Virus record (IMG/VR): IMGVR_UViG_3300010163_000006
Coordinates: 1-64,000 of that record
Direction: 5' to 3' (one strand)
From: a virus
Lineage: Duplodnaviria > Caudoviricetes
DNA length: 64,000 nt
The notes beneath the pieces were generated by a model. That model searched no databases. It was given only the letters and a program-made list of their open reading frames with translations, and was not told where the DNA came from. Numbering within the stretch: position 1 is the stretch's first letter; each line of letters opens with the position of its first letter. Below are positions 1-9,875 of this stretch, in pieces. A program made the position numbers and the translations under genes.

Positions 1-35
1 TAATTCTTCAAATATATATTATTATAGTGAATAAA
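1..35 (+). promoter_or_regulatory. Putative early promoter (AATATATATTATT core), copy 1 of a duplicated expression cassette
   Basis: 35 nt identical to the reverse complement of 18152-18186; the core motif recurs upstream of many non-structural genes. Confidence 0.7.
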
Positions 36-62
36 GGAATAGCAATATGCTTCCTTTAACGA

Positions 63-114
63 AATTACCGCTGTGGCTCGATGCGGTTAACGAGCTGGAG
101 ATTATTATGAAAAA
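63..114 (+). repeat. Conserved 52-nt 5' leader/RBS, copy 1
   Basis: AATTACCGCTGTGGCTCGATGCGGTTAACGAGCTGGAGATTATTATGAAAAA is identical to the reverse complement of 18068-18119. Confidence 0.9.
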
Positions 115-481
115 TACATTTGCTAAGAAGATTGAAAAGAATGCAAAGGCTATCGTAAAGAAAACATCAAAGACGGCTAAAAGAAATCCTCTCGCAGCTG
201 TTGGAATTGGTAGTGCTATCACTGGTATTGCTGCAACAGCAATCGCAGCAACAACAATCAAATCTACTAAGCATGGATTTGCAGCAATTGCTGCAAAGAG
301 AGCTGCAAAGGCTGCTAACAACAACGAGAACATCACAACTCCCGAAGCAACTGAGACAACTGAAAATACAGAAGCAACAGCAGAGCAGACCGAAGAAGCG
401 AATAGACAACAAGAACAGCAATATCACACGGTAATGCTGGGTAATATGGCGGCTCTTCGGCAAGCAGTCATCAACCAGTAA
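107..481 (+). CDS. Hypothetical early protein with a hydrophobic Ala/Gly-rich segment and Glu/Thr-rich tail
   Basis: Start reassigned to ATG 107 after GGAG and the shared leader; segment LAAVGIGSAITGIAATAIAA. Confidence 0.65.
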   Translation: MKNTFAKKIEKNAKAIVKKTSKTAKRNPLAAVGIGSAITGIAATAIAATTIKSTKHGFAAIAAKRAAKAANNNENITTPEATETTENTEATAEQTEEANRQQEQQYHTVMLGNMAALRQAVINQ

Positions 482-489
482 ATTACATG

Positions 490-545
490 AAAAAAAAGAA
501 GAACGTAACCGGGACAAAAGTCCCGGTGAATCTTCTTTTTTGTCT
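490..545. terminator. Bidirectional intrinsic terminator
   Basis: ACCGGGAC-AAAA-GTCCCGGT stem flanked by an A-tract and a T-tract. Confidence 0.75.
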
Positions 546-597
546 TTTGTTTTTTGTATCAAAACGCCTTAGTAATCTTGTAGAAAGGATTGATATA

Positions 598-2109
598 ATG
601 AAAGTTCAAGAATTATTCGACATTGACAGATTCGTGAAAGTTAATGATCTCGGAGAAGTCAAGTCACAGCATATATACAAGACGCAATCACAATTTAATC
701 CTGAAGGTCTTTTTTCTGAAGAAATCTTTGGTCAGACTATTGAGGAAAGAAAATACCGATGTGGATATATAAAGTTACCTGTTCATGTATTCAACCCGTG
801 TGTTGCTAAGGTAATTATCTCCCGTTCTGGTGGAATCATTCGTAAGATGGCTTACGGTGAGACAAAGTGCAATCTTGTCAATGGTGTCCTCGTTGCTGAT
901 AAGAATGGAGAGTATTGTGGTTTAAAAGATCTCTATAACATATGGGAGAAGATCGATATTAGAAAGACTCTTTCAACGAGATCTCAAGATAATATCGACA
1001 TACTCACAAAATGTCCGAAAAGACTTTTATTCAATGATAAGGTCCTTGTATTGCCACCCGGATTCCGTGAGATAGGTATGAGGAATGGTAGACGGACCAA
1101 GAATGAGTTGAATACTCTCTATAGCCATATCATAGGTCTCAAGAGTGTAACATCACATACTACTGCGAATGTTTATCAAATATATGCAAAGTTCCAAGAT
1201 GCGGTAATGAACATATATACCTATATCCATGACTATGTTGGATCTAAGAACGGATTCTTCCAAAAACAGTTACTTGCAAAGACAACAACATTTACGGCAA
1301 GAAACGTTATCTCTGCACCGAGATACAATACAGACGATCCCGAAATCGGAATATTCCGATCAGGATTCCCTCTTCATACGTGTGTATCGTTGTTTAAACC
1401 TTTGGTCAAGTTTCAGATGAAACAGTTCTTTACTTTTTCCAACATCCAGGATATTCATCCTAACAAGGAAGAAGTGAATATAGAGAACATCACAAATATC
1501 TATGATAATAAGATGATAGATGATTTGTGTAATATCTATATGAAGAATCCGGGTTCAAGATTCCGTATCATCTATCTTGATCCTGAAAACACGGTTCCTT
1601 TACAAATGGAATACATGGATGTCAAGAAGAACGTAAAAGTCACCAGACCAATGACATTGACAGACGTAATTTATCTATGCTGCAAGGTGGCAATAGTTGA
1701 TGCTAACAGAACGGTTTATACTGTTCGATATCCTATCGGTGATTATCTCGGCGCTTTCTTTTCCAAAGTACATATTCTGTCAACTGTTGATACAATGAAA
1801 ATTGAGTTCCGTGGCGAGACTTTCAAATCATATCCCATTGTAAATCCTGATGCACCGCATAGTCGTGTTGCTATATCATTTGCTGATACGATGACTCCTT
1901 CTAATTCACGACTTAAAGCAATCGGAGGAGACTATGATGGTGATACCGTTAAAAGTATCGGTCTTTGGAGTGACGAAGCTAATCAACGTGCTGAAGAACT
2001 TATGTATTCTAAGATCTATAATATCAAAGCAGAATGTGATTCTGTTTACGATATTGCAATAGAATGTCTCAATGGATTATACGCTTTAACCAGGAGGAAG
2101 AATAAATAA
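598..2109 (+). CDS. Phage multisubunit RNA polymerase beta' subunit, N-terminal/catalytic part (possibly the virion RNAP)
   Basis: PEGLFSEEIFG (region A), RCGYIKLP, ARNVIS, RYP and catalytic GGDYDGD; GAAAGGA RBS before ATG 598. Confidence 0.9.
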   Translation: MKVQELFDIDRFVKVNDLGEVKSQHIYKTQSQFNPEGLFSEEIFGQTIEERKYRCGYIKLPVHVFNPCVAKVIISRSGGIIRKMAYGETKCNLVNGVLVADKNGEYCGLKDLYNIWEKIDIRKTLSTRSQDNIDILTKCPKRLLFNDKVLVLPPGFREIGMRNGRRTKNELNTLYSHIIGLKSVTSHTTANVYQIYAKFQDAVMNIYTYIHDYVGSKNGFFQKQLLAKTTTFTARNVISAPRYNTDDPEIGIFRSGFPLHTCVSLFKPLVKFQMKQFFTFSNIQDIHPNKEEVNIENITNIYDNKMIDDLCNIYMKNPGSRFRIIYLDPENTVPLQMEYMDVKKNVKVTRPMTLTDVIYLCCKVAIVDANRTVYTVRYPIGDYLGAFFSKVHILSTVDTMKIEFRGETFKSYPIVNPDAPHSRVAISFADTMTPSNSRLKAIGGDYDGDTVKSIGLWSDEANQRAEELMYSKIYNIKAECDSVYDIAIECLNGLYALTRRKNK

Positions 2110-2260
2110 CTTTTGAAGTCATTCTTTTTATTTTTTTTTTTGAATATATATACTTTGATTGACGGAGTCAATCATTATATATAATAATATAAAGAGATTG
2201 TGTTTTATCCTTAGGAATATTATAAACCGAATATTACTATATTTAGAAAGGAGATGTCCT

Positions 2261-3214
2261 ATGGACTACTTAAAAATGTTTGGTATGTATGATTCTTCGT
2301 CCGGAGAAAACCCGTACCAACGACCAAATCAATATACAGGTCCGTCGGCATATGAGCCAACATTGAATGACCCTCCTCCGATGAGAAGTTGGGAAGAAGC
2401 ATTCAATGGATTTAAATCTTCGCCAGTGTTATATAACATGGATGGATTCATATCACCCTACGCATCAAGCAACTGGGGTGGTACGAGTAATATCCTTCAA
2501 TACATTGATGATTCTGCAAAGAATCCTATGTTGGAGAATAAAATAGACCCCAATCGAATTTTTTCTTCTGAAATCAATGGCTTGAGGGCATTGGCAGCTG
2601 ATCAGCAAAGAATCACAAAACTGTTCGAGAAGCGGTTGACAGAAAGTCTCAATGAAAAAGGTAAGATGGGATTGACAGAAGAAGATATAACTGCAATGTC
2701 TGCATTGACGACAGCACGTTCTGCAATAACTGCCATATCTAAAGAGCAAGCCGCTATCAAGAAAAGCATTGCTGAACTCAAGATCAAACAGGCCCAAAAT
2801 ACAGGTACTGGCACCGGCAATGGATCTGCAAGAGGTTCTGATGGTGGATCAATGAATTCGATGGGTATTGGCCGTTCTATTCTTGATAGTATCTTCGATG
2901 CTCCTTCTGTACCGGTAACACCACCATCAACTGTAGTGAACTATAATCCAACGACAGCAGGTGAAGCTGGAAGAGTAATTGATTCTATCGTTCCTACAGT
3001 TGGATCTCATTTACAATTTGAGAGTGCTGAACCAACAACGTATGTTGTCATTGGTGAAACGGAAGATGATATTGACTTTGTTACATACTCTTCAAATGGA
3101 GAAATCATTCCTGATTTCCCGAAACCTAATGCACGAATTACTGACATCGATATTGATGCCGGAAAAGCAAAGGATGAGTTCCTTGTTGAATATCCTATAA
3201 AGAGAGGAATATAA
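2261..3214 (+). CDS. Hypothetical protein (coiled-coil centre, low-complexity flanks)
   Basis: Long ORF; GAAAGGAG RBS before ATG 2261. Confidence 0.7.
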   Translation: MDYLKMFGMYDSSSGENPYQRPNQYTGPSAYEPTLNDPPPMRSWEEAFNGFKSSPVLYNMDGFISPYASSNWGGTSNILQYIDDSAKNPMLENKIDPNRIFSSEINGLRALAADQQRITKLFEKRLTESLNEKGKMGLTEEDITAMSALTTARSAITAISKEQAAIKKSIAELKIKQAQNTGTGTGNGSARGSDGGSMNSMGIGRSILDSIFDAPSVPVTPPSTVVNYNPTTAGEAGRVIDSIVPTVGSHLQFESAEPTTYVVIGETEDDIDFVTYSSNGEIIPDFPKPNARITDIDIDAGKAKDEFLVEYPIKRGI

Positions 3215-3219
3215 ATTGT

Positions 3220-3243
3220 TTATGGGGGCATATGCCCCCATAA
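3220..3243. terminator. Perfect CATATG-centred palindrome / terminator-like hairpin
   Basis: TTATGGGGGCATATGCCCCCATAA immediately after a stop codon. Confidence 0.6.
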
Positions 3244-3354
3244 CATGTATTATATTAACTCAAAAGTAATTGCGGGTCAACTATGAATCGCGATTCTTCA
3301 TGGTTTTACACCCTCCAATTGAATAAAAATACTATAGAAAAGGAGAAGAATATT

Positions 3355-6300
3355 ATGCTTGAAACAAAATATGGTTTGAAATATTCAATGCCTCACAGCG
3401 TTGTCCATATTGTTGATAATTCAATGTATACTGGTGAACTCCCGACGGTTGTTGTGGACGACCCCTCTCTGTATGCTTCTATTGTTGTAACAGGAGCTCC
3501 GATGGGTGCTGATAATGAAATCATTCCCATTAACAGAAGCGATGTCCTCAACGTTGCATACGGCATGAGCAATCTCAGTGTCAATGACATAAAGAAGTTT
3601 GGTCAGACAGTAACATATCCTTCAGCGTTGCTCGCTCAGGATGTTCCGATCAAGTTCATGCGTGTTACTCCGGAAGATTCTACCTATGCATTCTCATGTC
3701 TTCTTATCCAGTGGAAGTGGGACGGTACAACCATGCATGTCCGCTTCAAGACTACTGAAGGAAATGGTAACAACGGCCTCCCGGCTGGAGTTGTTCATGC
3801 TAACTTCAAGAATACAAAGAGACTCAATAATGCACTTGTAGCTGCATTCAAGCAGGATTCCATCGATCTCGAGGATGGCACTGGTGTTTGGAAGCAGCGT
3901 GTTATTATGACCACCATTGCTGCCGGTAGAGGTAAGGCATATAACTATTATAATTATGCAATTAACAGTACTCAGCAGAGCAGACGTCCTGCAAATGTAC
4001 GTTACTTGTTCTCCACAATCGATACCCGTGTTGGTCAAGCTGTTGAAAGATTTTATGGTTCTCTCATAAATGAAAACAATATGTACAGACAAGATGCGGT
4101 TGAGTCAGTTAACGTTCAGGTCGGCAAACGTGTTAAAGGTTCTTCAATTCTCGTTCCTACGATAAATGAGTCTGCTGTAAATGAACTTTACAACGACTAC
4201 ATGGCTCGGGTAAAGGAAATGATGGATGCTGAAATACCTCCTGAAAGTTCTTCATCTGGTACAAGCAGCACGGAAGATCTGCTGAAGTTCGTAAAGAATG
4301 TATATGCAACTATGAACATCAATATCTTTGATATTTTCTACGGCAGATATATTTACAACGGAGATACCGATGTTAAGCTCCCGTATTTCCAGGTTGATAT
4401 GTTCGACCTCGATATTGCGCAGCTTGATACAAGCAGAAGAATCAATGTATATCTCAATTCTGGTAATACAGAAACTATTGATGACTATATTGAGACTCCT
4501 ACCGATCTTATCGATATTCTCAATACAAAGCTTTACGGCATTACGAATCCGGAGAACGCATATCATATAGGTGACGTGTTCATCACGAATACTTCAATGA
4601 TGTCACTCTCAATGATCACATCAATCAACCAGTATACTGGTGCGGTAACTTCAGTCCCGATCTCACAAATATACAGTGATGAGAAAAAGACCGATAATTC
4701 AGGTAAACAATACAGGGAGAAAACCCAGTTCAGTGGATTCATTTCTGCATCTACTCCTGAAAACACCACAGACGTATATGCTGCAGTACAGGCATTGATT
4801 GATCGTAAGAAGCTTGTTCCTCGTAAGATCAAGGAGGGTGTATATGTTAAGGATTATCTGTTGGCTGAGTTCAAGTCGGTCAAGAATCCTGCTAACAAAC
4901 TTACGACATTCGGTATAGTAAAAATCGCATATACAGAAGAGGCTATTGATGACAAGACCAATGTCGTTATTGATCAAGAGAATTCGAAGGTATATTCATC
5001 CCAGAAGGATATTTATTCGATGTTGGTATACCCTTCCAGAATAACATACTTTGCTACAAAAACAGGTACGGCTGCTGTAGACAATAATCAAGAATATCTT
5101 GATGTTCCTGGTGCTACAGTTATTACGATATCTGATAACTTGGGTATGGGTGATCCTGTTTCCGACGATGGTGATTCCGTAGTTAATGTCGTTTCATATG
5201 ATGGAACAATAGAGAATGCATACACTGTCGAAAACAATGGAAAACCCTTCGTAGTTGGTACATGTCCGACATCAATTAAGATCACACAGGATATCGTTAA
5301 CTCTGCTTATGATATTCTCATGTATAAAAATGGTACGGTAACCGGAACTGGTGACGATGCTTCTGCCATGAAGATTTCTTGGCAGGTTAATAGTGGTACA
5401 CCCATTTATTCCGAAACCACAGGCTACAACGTTGGTGATATTGTCTCCATTGATATACCCACTGGTGGTGCGGATTCAGTTACTGCTGAATTTAAGATTA
5501 CCGAAACCACCCCCGAAACCATTGCTATCGAATTCAAATCAAGCACGACATCATCTACAAAGATACCTATTGGCACATATCCTACTACCAGTACTACTGG
5601 TACTGGTCTTAAAATCAATATAGGTGTTTCGGATATTCTGGTTACAGTTGATCCTAAGAATGCTTCCCCTACATTCATTCAGCGTTACAATGTTACGGGT
5701 ACTATGGGTTCTCTGTATCGTTATGCGGCAGATCCTGTTAAGGTTCCGGCAAACTATTATTCTGATTCATATGGCATCAATCCTACATCAGAGCTCGGCG
5801 GCATCAGTGTTGATCACGGTTATGCTGGTTTCTTTGATGACGATATTTCTGATATCGAATTCAAGTGGAGATACTCGGAGCTCCTTGTTAAGGCATATCG
5901 TGGACAAATCGATCCCAGAATTCAATCACCTCTCAGATGTCCGGCTAAATACCTCTTCGACGGCGGTACTAATACCATCGTAGGTCAAACTATCCTTCCT
6001 TACATGGTATACAAGCCCATTGACATTATAAACGCTTCCACTATCTACACCGAAGATGAAAAGGAAGCTATCCTGCTGAATAACGATCTTATCAGCAATA
6101 TCACAGAATTTACTGATATTGACGTTAAGCAGGCAATGTATGACCTTATGATCTACCGTATCTATCAGGGTATTCCGGAAGAAAAGAGACCGATTGGGCC
6201 TGGTTCTGGTTTGTCACTCCATCTCGATTCTGGTGTTACTGATGCTAATACTGCATTGATGGTTAATGCATCATTCATCAAGAGATTCTCCAATCCGAAT

Positions 6301-6915
6301 GCATCTTGGGATATCGGCGGCTTTGTATCTTCGAGTGATGGCATTGCATATACTTACGTAAAGCAGATCGTTGATAACATCTTCTCACACATGAAGAGAT
6401 TCAATGTCAACAAGCCTTATGTCGGTAAGTATACAAACATCACTTCTCAGATGTATACGTCATACTTCCCGGATGTTGATGCAACAGACTGGGAGCTCCG
6501 TGAGTTGCTGTACAATTCCGGCGGTAATGCTTGGATCGTTGATGTAAATGAAAATCTCCAGAGAAAGTCACAGAGAACTCTCTACAGGGAGGGTGATACT
6601 TCGGACATTATCCAGGAGAGCAATATGAGAACTTTGTCACAGTTGACATATATTCTCCAAAACAAGATCGATACTTATCTGCTTGAATATAACGACGACG
6701 GCGTTCTTAAGACACTTAAGGACGAAGTTGATAATATGTTCTCCGGTTGGGTTGGAAGTCTCGTTACCGCACTCGATATCACATTCAAGAGAGATATCAA
6801 TCCTCTTGATGGTGGTGAAATCGTAGTATGCTACTGCAACGTTACATTCCGTGGACTCATCTTGAGAGTTCCGATTATCGTTAATATCCAGAGACGTACC
6901 GACTCTGAATCATAA
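3355..6915 (+). CDS. Contractile tail sheath protein with large inserted domains
   Basis: C-terminal sheath-like region (ESNMRTL...LLEYND...TLKDEVDNMF...VTFRGLILRVPIIVNI); precedes a tube-like gene; RBS before ATG 3355. Confidence 0.75.
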   Translation: MLETKYGLKYSMPHSVVHIVDNSMYTGELPTVVVDDPSLYASIVVTGAPMGADNEIIPINRSDVLNVAYGMSNLSVNDIKKFGQTVTYPSALLAQDVPIKFMRVTPEDSTYAFSCLLIQWKWDGTTMHVRFKTTEGNGNNGLPAGVVHANFKNTKRLNNALVAAFKQDSIDLEDGTGVWKQRVIMTTIAAGRGKAYNYYNYAINSTQQSRRPANVRYLFSTIDTRVGQAVERFYGSLINENNMYRQDAVESVNVQVGKRVKGSSILVPTINESAVNELYNDYMARVKEMMDAEIPPESSSSGTSSTEDLLKFVKNVYATMNINIFDIFYGRYIYNGDTDVKLPYFQVDMFDLDIAQLDTSRRINVYLNSGNTETIDDYIETPTDLIDILNTKLYGITNPENAYHIGDVFITNTSMMSLSMITSINQYTGAVTSVPISQIYSDEKKTDNSGKQYREKTQFSGFISASTPENTTDVYAAVQALIDRKKLVPRKIKEGVYVKDYLLAEFKSVKNPANKLTTFGIVKIAYTEEAIDDKTNVVIDQENSKVYSSQKDIYSMLVYPSRITYFATKTGTAAVDNNQEYLDVPGATVITISDNLGMGDPVSDDGDSVVNVVSYDGTIENAYTVENNGKPFVVGTCPTSIKITQDIVNSAYDILMYKNGTVTGTGDDASAMKISWQVNSGTPIYSETTGYNVGDIVSIDIPTGGADSVTAEFKITETTPETIAIEFKSSTTSSTKIPIGTYPTTSTTGTGLKINIGVSDILVTVDPKNASPTFIQRYNVTGTMGSLYRYAADPVKVPANYYSDSYGINPTSELGGISVDHGYAGFFDDDISDIEFKWRYSELLVKAYRGQIDPRIQSPLRCPAKYLFDGGTNTIVGQTILPYMVYKPIDIINASTIYTEDEKEAILLNNDLISNITEFTDIDVKQAMYDLMIYRIYQGIPEEKRPIGPGSGLSLHLDSGVTDANTALMVNASFIKRFSNPNASWDIGGFVSSSDGIAYTYVKQIVDNIFSHMKRFNVNKPYVGKYTNITSQMYTSYFPDVDATDWELRELLYNSGGNAWIVDVNENLQRKSQRTLYREGDTSDIIQESNMRTLSQLTYILQNKIDTYLLEYNDDGVLKTLKDEVDNMFSGWVGSLVTALDITFKRDINPLDGGEIVVCYCNVTFRGLILRVPIIVNIQRRTDSES

Positions 6916-6934
6916 CAGAAAGGAGAGATAAGAT

Positions 6935-8065
6935 ATGTCTATCAGTTTACAGTCTGGAATCCATCAATATCACGGTGACCTTTCGCAGTATACGGGTATG
7001 CTTGGTGGACTCACACCTGATGTCCATACTCTCAGAAGCCTTAACCCGCTTACTACTAACCGTGTTATCTGTGTCATGTATCGTGGACCTTATTTCTTGA
7101 TGCACTATTTCGGTGGCGATGAGAATAACGCATACAATCCGAAGAACGAATACGGTACATACAAGAAAATCATCGAATACTATAATACTGGTATTACATG
7201 TAATATCGGTGATGCTACTCTTGCACCTGCTACGCTTCAGGGTGGTTTTGCTGGAAGAAGTATTTCGATTCCTACAACACAGAACGCTCAGTCAGGACAG
7301 TCCCTCACCATCCAGGTTCCTGAAATGGTAGGTCGTCCTATGGCAAACTTCCATAATATGTGGGTTGACGGTATCGCTGATCCTATTACAGGTCTTACGA
7401 CATACCATGGTCTCGTTGCTGGTTCTGTAGATGAGAACAATATTCCTCAGAGAATATTCGCACCTTCTACTGGTGCCAATGTTGCATTCGCTGGATCGTC
7501 ATCCGGTGTTGCACTTGAACCTTCTCCTGCTTGGGAAGTTGCAGAATTCCTCATCATTGCACTTGATAGAAGCGGTGCAAGAGTAGAGGCTGCTGCAATG
7601 GCACTCGGAGCTACACCAGCTGGTAGGATCGGCAATGATATATTTAACTCAAACGCAACGGGACAGTCTCAGATCCAGACACTTCAGCTCACATTCAACT
7701 GTCAGTATGTTCAATCAGCATATGTAAATGATCTTGCATCAAGGTATCTCGCACAGTTCGCTGTGTTCGGTAACTCGCTCAACTTCAATCCTGGCGCTGG
7801 TGATGCATTCTTCACAGATGCTACTGCTGATAAGATCAATACGCCTATCTTCAACAATGGTAATCGTCCTGATCTTGATGCTGTTCAGTCTGGTCTTGGA
7901 AATGCTCCTGCTATGTATGCAAATGGACAGGCAGTTACTCGTGACGGTCCTGCTCCTCATGCTATCACACCGGCAGATCATTCCCAGATTCATAAGAATC
8001 CGGATTATTCTAATCCTACATCTATCGCTAATCCGTATGAATCTGCTGCAACTCCGAACTCATAA
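6935..8065 (+). CDS. Tail tube protein (probable)
   Basis: Directly after the sheath; tube-like pattern LTIQVPE...FHNMWVDGIADPITG...LQLTFNC. Confidence 0.65.
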   Translation: MSISLQSGIHQYHGDLSQYTGMLGGLTPDVHTLRSLNPLTTNRVICVMYRGPYFLMHYFGGDENNAYNPKNEYGTYKKIIEYYNTGITCNIGDATLAPATLQGGFAGRSISIPTTQNAQSGQSLTIQVPEMVGRPMANFHNMWVDGIADPITGLTTYHGLVAGSVDENNIPQRIFAPSTGANVAFAGSSSGVALEPSPAWEVAEFLIIALDRSGARVEAAAMALGATPAGRIGNDIFNSNATGQSQIQTLQLTFNCQYVQSAYVNDLASRYLAQFAVFGNSLNFNPGAGDAFFTDATADKINTPIFNNGNRPDLDAVQSGLGNAPAMYANGQAVTRDGPAPHAITPADHSQIHKNPDYSNPTSIANPYESAATPNS

Positions 8066-8090
8066 TCCGGAACAAAAAAATACATTTACA

Positions 8091-8113
8091 GAGTGGGGCA
8101 TTGAGCCCCACTC
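8091..8113. terminator. Terminator hairpin between convergent genes
   Basis: GAGTGGGGC-ATTGA-GCCCCACTC. Confidence 0.7.
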
Positions 8114-8124
8114 CTATTTGTATT

Positions 8125-8523
8125 TCATATCAAATTAAATATCTCGATTATGTCGAATCGTTCATACCGGAATTTTACCACAATATGTCTTGTTGTAAAA
8201 TCGAAGAATCCAACATATACACCGAGGAGTTTCTTGTCAGCTTTGGTAATCAATTTCTTAGATATGATTACACCGTCATCCATGATAGTAGGTTGTGTTG
8301 CCTTACCAACAATTTCTCTATTATACATAACACAATCAGCTGCAAGAGCTGCTTCAACCAACTTATCATCACATATGGTATCAAGTGTGGTAACATCATA
8401 ATCACTGTCCATCAATTCGTTAAGTAATGACTCATCAGTGAAGATATACTTGTACTTGAAGTTCTTGGGTTTGTGCGTTTCAACCAGCTCTTGTGGAGTT
8501 AGTATTTTCTTTGCAGATGCCAT
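8125..8523 (-). CDS. Hypothetical protein
   Basis: ORF with GGAGG RBS in a minus-strand operon. Confidence 0.65.
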   Translation of the reverse strand: MASAKKILTPQELVETHKPKNFKYKYIFTDESLLNELMDSDYDVTTLDTICDDKLVEAALAADCVMYNREIVGKATQPTIMDDGVIISKKLITKADKKLLGVYVGFFDFTTRHIVVKFRYERFDIIEIFNLI

Positions 8524-8537
8524 TATTTATATCCTCC

Positions 8538-9113
8538 TTAATTGTACTCGTCTAAGAGTAAACTTGTAAACGTTGATATATACCTTTCAATCGTTATCGG
8601 ATATACTTGCCCGTCAACAATTGAATCATGTAGACTTTCGTGAGTGAGATATGCACAACCATCTTCACATGGAGCACATACATGATTTAGGTATTCCAAC
8701 CGCATATCTGTGATATCTTTAATAGACTGAGTATTCGAGTTGGATTCGTCCACATCTGCATATACAAAATCAGCAATATGGGCATGTGGTATGTTATAAA
8801 TGATATCACCAATCAATCCAAATATTTCGATATCCCGTCGTAATATAGCCTCACCAAATATCAGTGTAAATGTCAAATCATTTCCCGCATCATCGACAGC
8901 CATATTAACAAAGAAATCACTCGTCATGACAGACATGATATCATTAGAATGATTTGATTTGAATTTATGGATCTTTAACAAGTCATTTGATACGTCTCGA
9001 CATTCTGTTGTGGGAATTATTTGAACCGCACATGGATCTACATCGGTGAAATTGTGTTGAACTAAGAATAATTTCAGGTCATTCTCTGTTTCTGCATACA
9101 CATCATAAACCAT
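8538..9113 (-). CDS. Hypothetical protein
   Basis: 191-aa ORF in operon; true start may lie slightly upstream. Confidence 0.65.
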   Translation of the reverse strand: MVYDVYAETENDLKLFLVQHNFTDVDPCAVQIIPTTECRDVSNDLLKIHKFKSNHSNDIMSVMTSDFFVNMAVDDAGNDLTFTLIFGEAILRRDIEIFGLIGDIIYNIPHAHIADFVYADVDESNSNTQSIKDITDMRLEYLNHVCAPCEDGCAYLTHESLHDSIVDGQVYPITIERYISTFTSLLLDEYN

Positions 9114-9176
9114 ATTATTGTTAAAACGTTTAGCTGACGTAAACGAGAACTTGAAATAATGTGTAATTATGATTCG

Positions 9177-9875
9177 TCACCAACCTTTCATTTCCTTTAG
9201 AATTACATTTGCAACGAATGAAAACAATTCCAGATTCCCCATTTTGTAATCACCTTTTCTACCAAATGGAGTATAGTAATATTCTGGTAGTTTGTCTTTG
9301 AGATAACGGTCTTGGAACTTGGCTATGAAATCCAATACCCCATAGTCATAGTTGTCCACTTTATCAAATACATTACATAGGTACTTATGAATACCAAGGG
9401 TATGCTTATTAAGCATGTCTTTGGGAATACCTTTGTATGTAATGACACCATTATCGTAGAACATTTCAATCCCGTTGAAGTTCATATATGAGCTCCATGT
9501 GTTCTCATGCTTAAATTCAATCCCATCAATGACATTTATTATTTCTTTTTTGGAATTGAATATACATGCATCTGAATGCAATGATAAAACGTTGGTTTCA
9601 TCTAAATCATTTGCTTCCAGGAATTTTCTTCTTGTTTCTAATTCACAAGATATTAGCTGTTTTGAAAACTCTTTGTTTTCTTTCTGTAGCAAACCCATCC
9701 TTACAGTACGCTGTTCTTTCGGTAACAGTTTGAGAATGTTTATCGTCTCTTTATCGAGAAGATTATACTTTTCTGATACGGATACGGACATCGCTCGCAT
9801 ATCGTATTCAACGATATTTGAATGAAACATGAACTGAATGTTGGGATTAAACCACAAAAGTTTTTCATTCATCAT
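9177..9875 (-). CDS. Small DNA polymerase family B-like palm-domain protein
   Basis: Motif A-like IVEYDMRAMS, motif C-like LSLHSDACIF, and YKGI; no exonuclease domain. Confidence 0.5.
   Translation of the reverse strand: MMNEKLLWFNPNIQFMFHSNIVEYDMRAMSVSVSEKYNLLDKETINILKLLPKEQRTVRMGLLQKENKEFSKQLISCELETRRKFLEANDLDETNVLSLHSDACIFNSKKEIINVIDGIEFKHENTWSSYMNFNGIEMFYDNGVITYKGIPKDMLNKHTLGIHKYLCNVFDKVDNYDYGVLDFIAKFQDRYLKDKLPEYYYTPFGRKGDYKMGNLELFSFVANVILKEMKGW

Noticed and set aside
47-106. ORF-track start at 47 (MLPLTKLPLWLDAV...)
   Set aside because: This segment is the shared non-coding leader; the RBS and the second copy point to ATG 107
487-597. N-terminal extension of the beta' ORF
   Set aside because: It runs through a terminator hairpin and T-tract; the RBS lies before ATG 598
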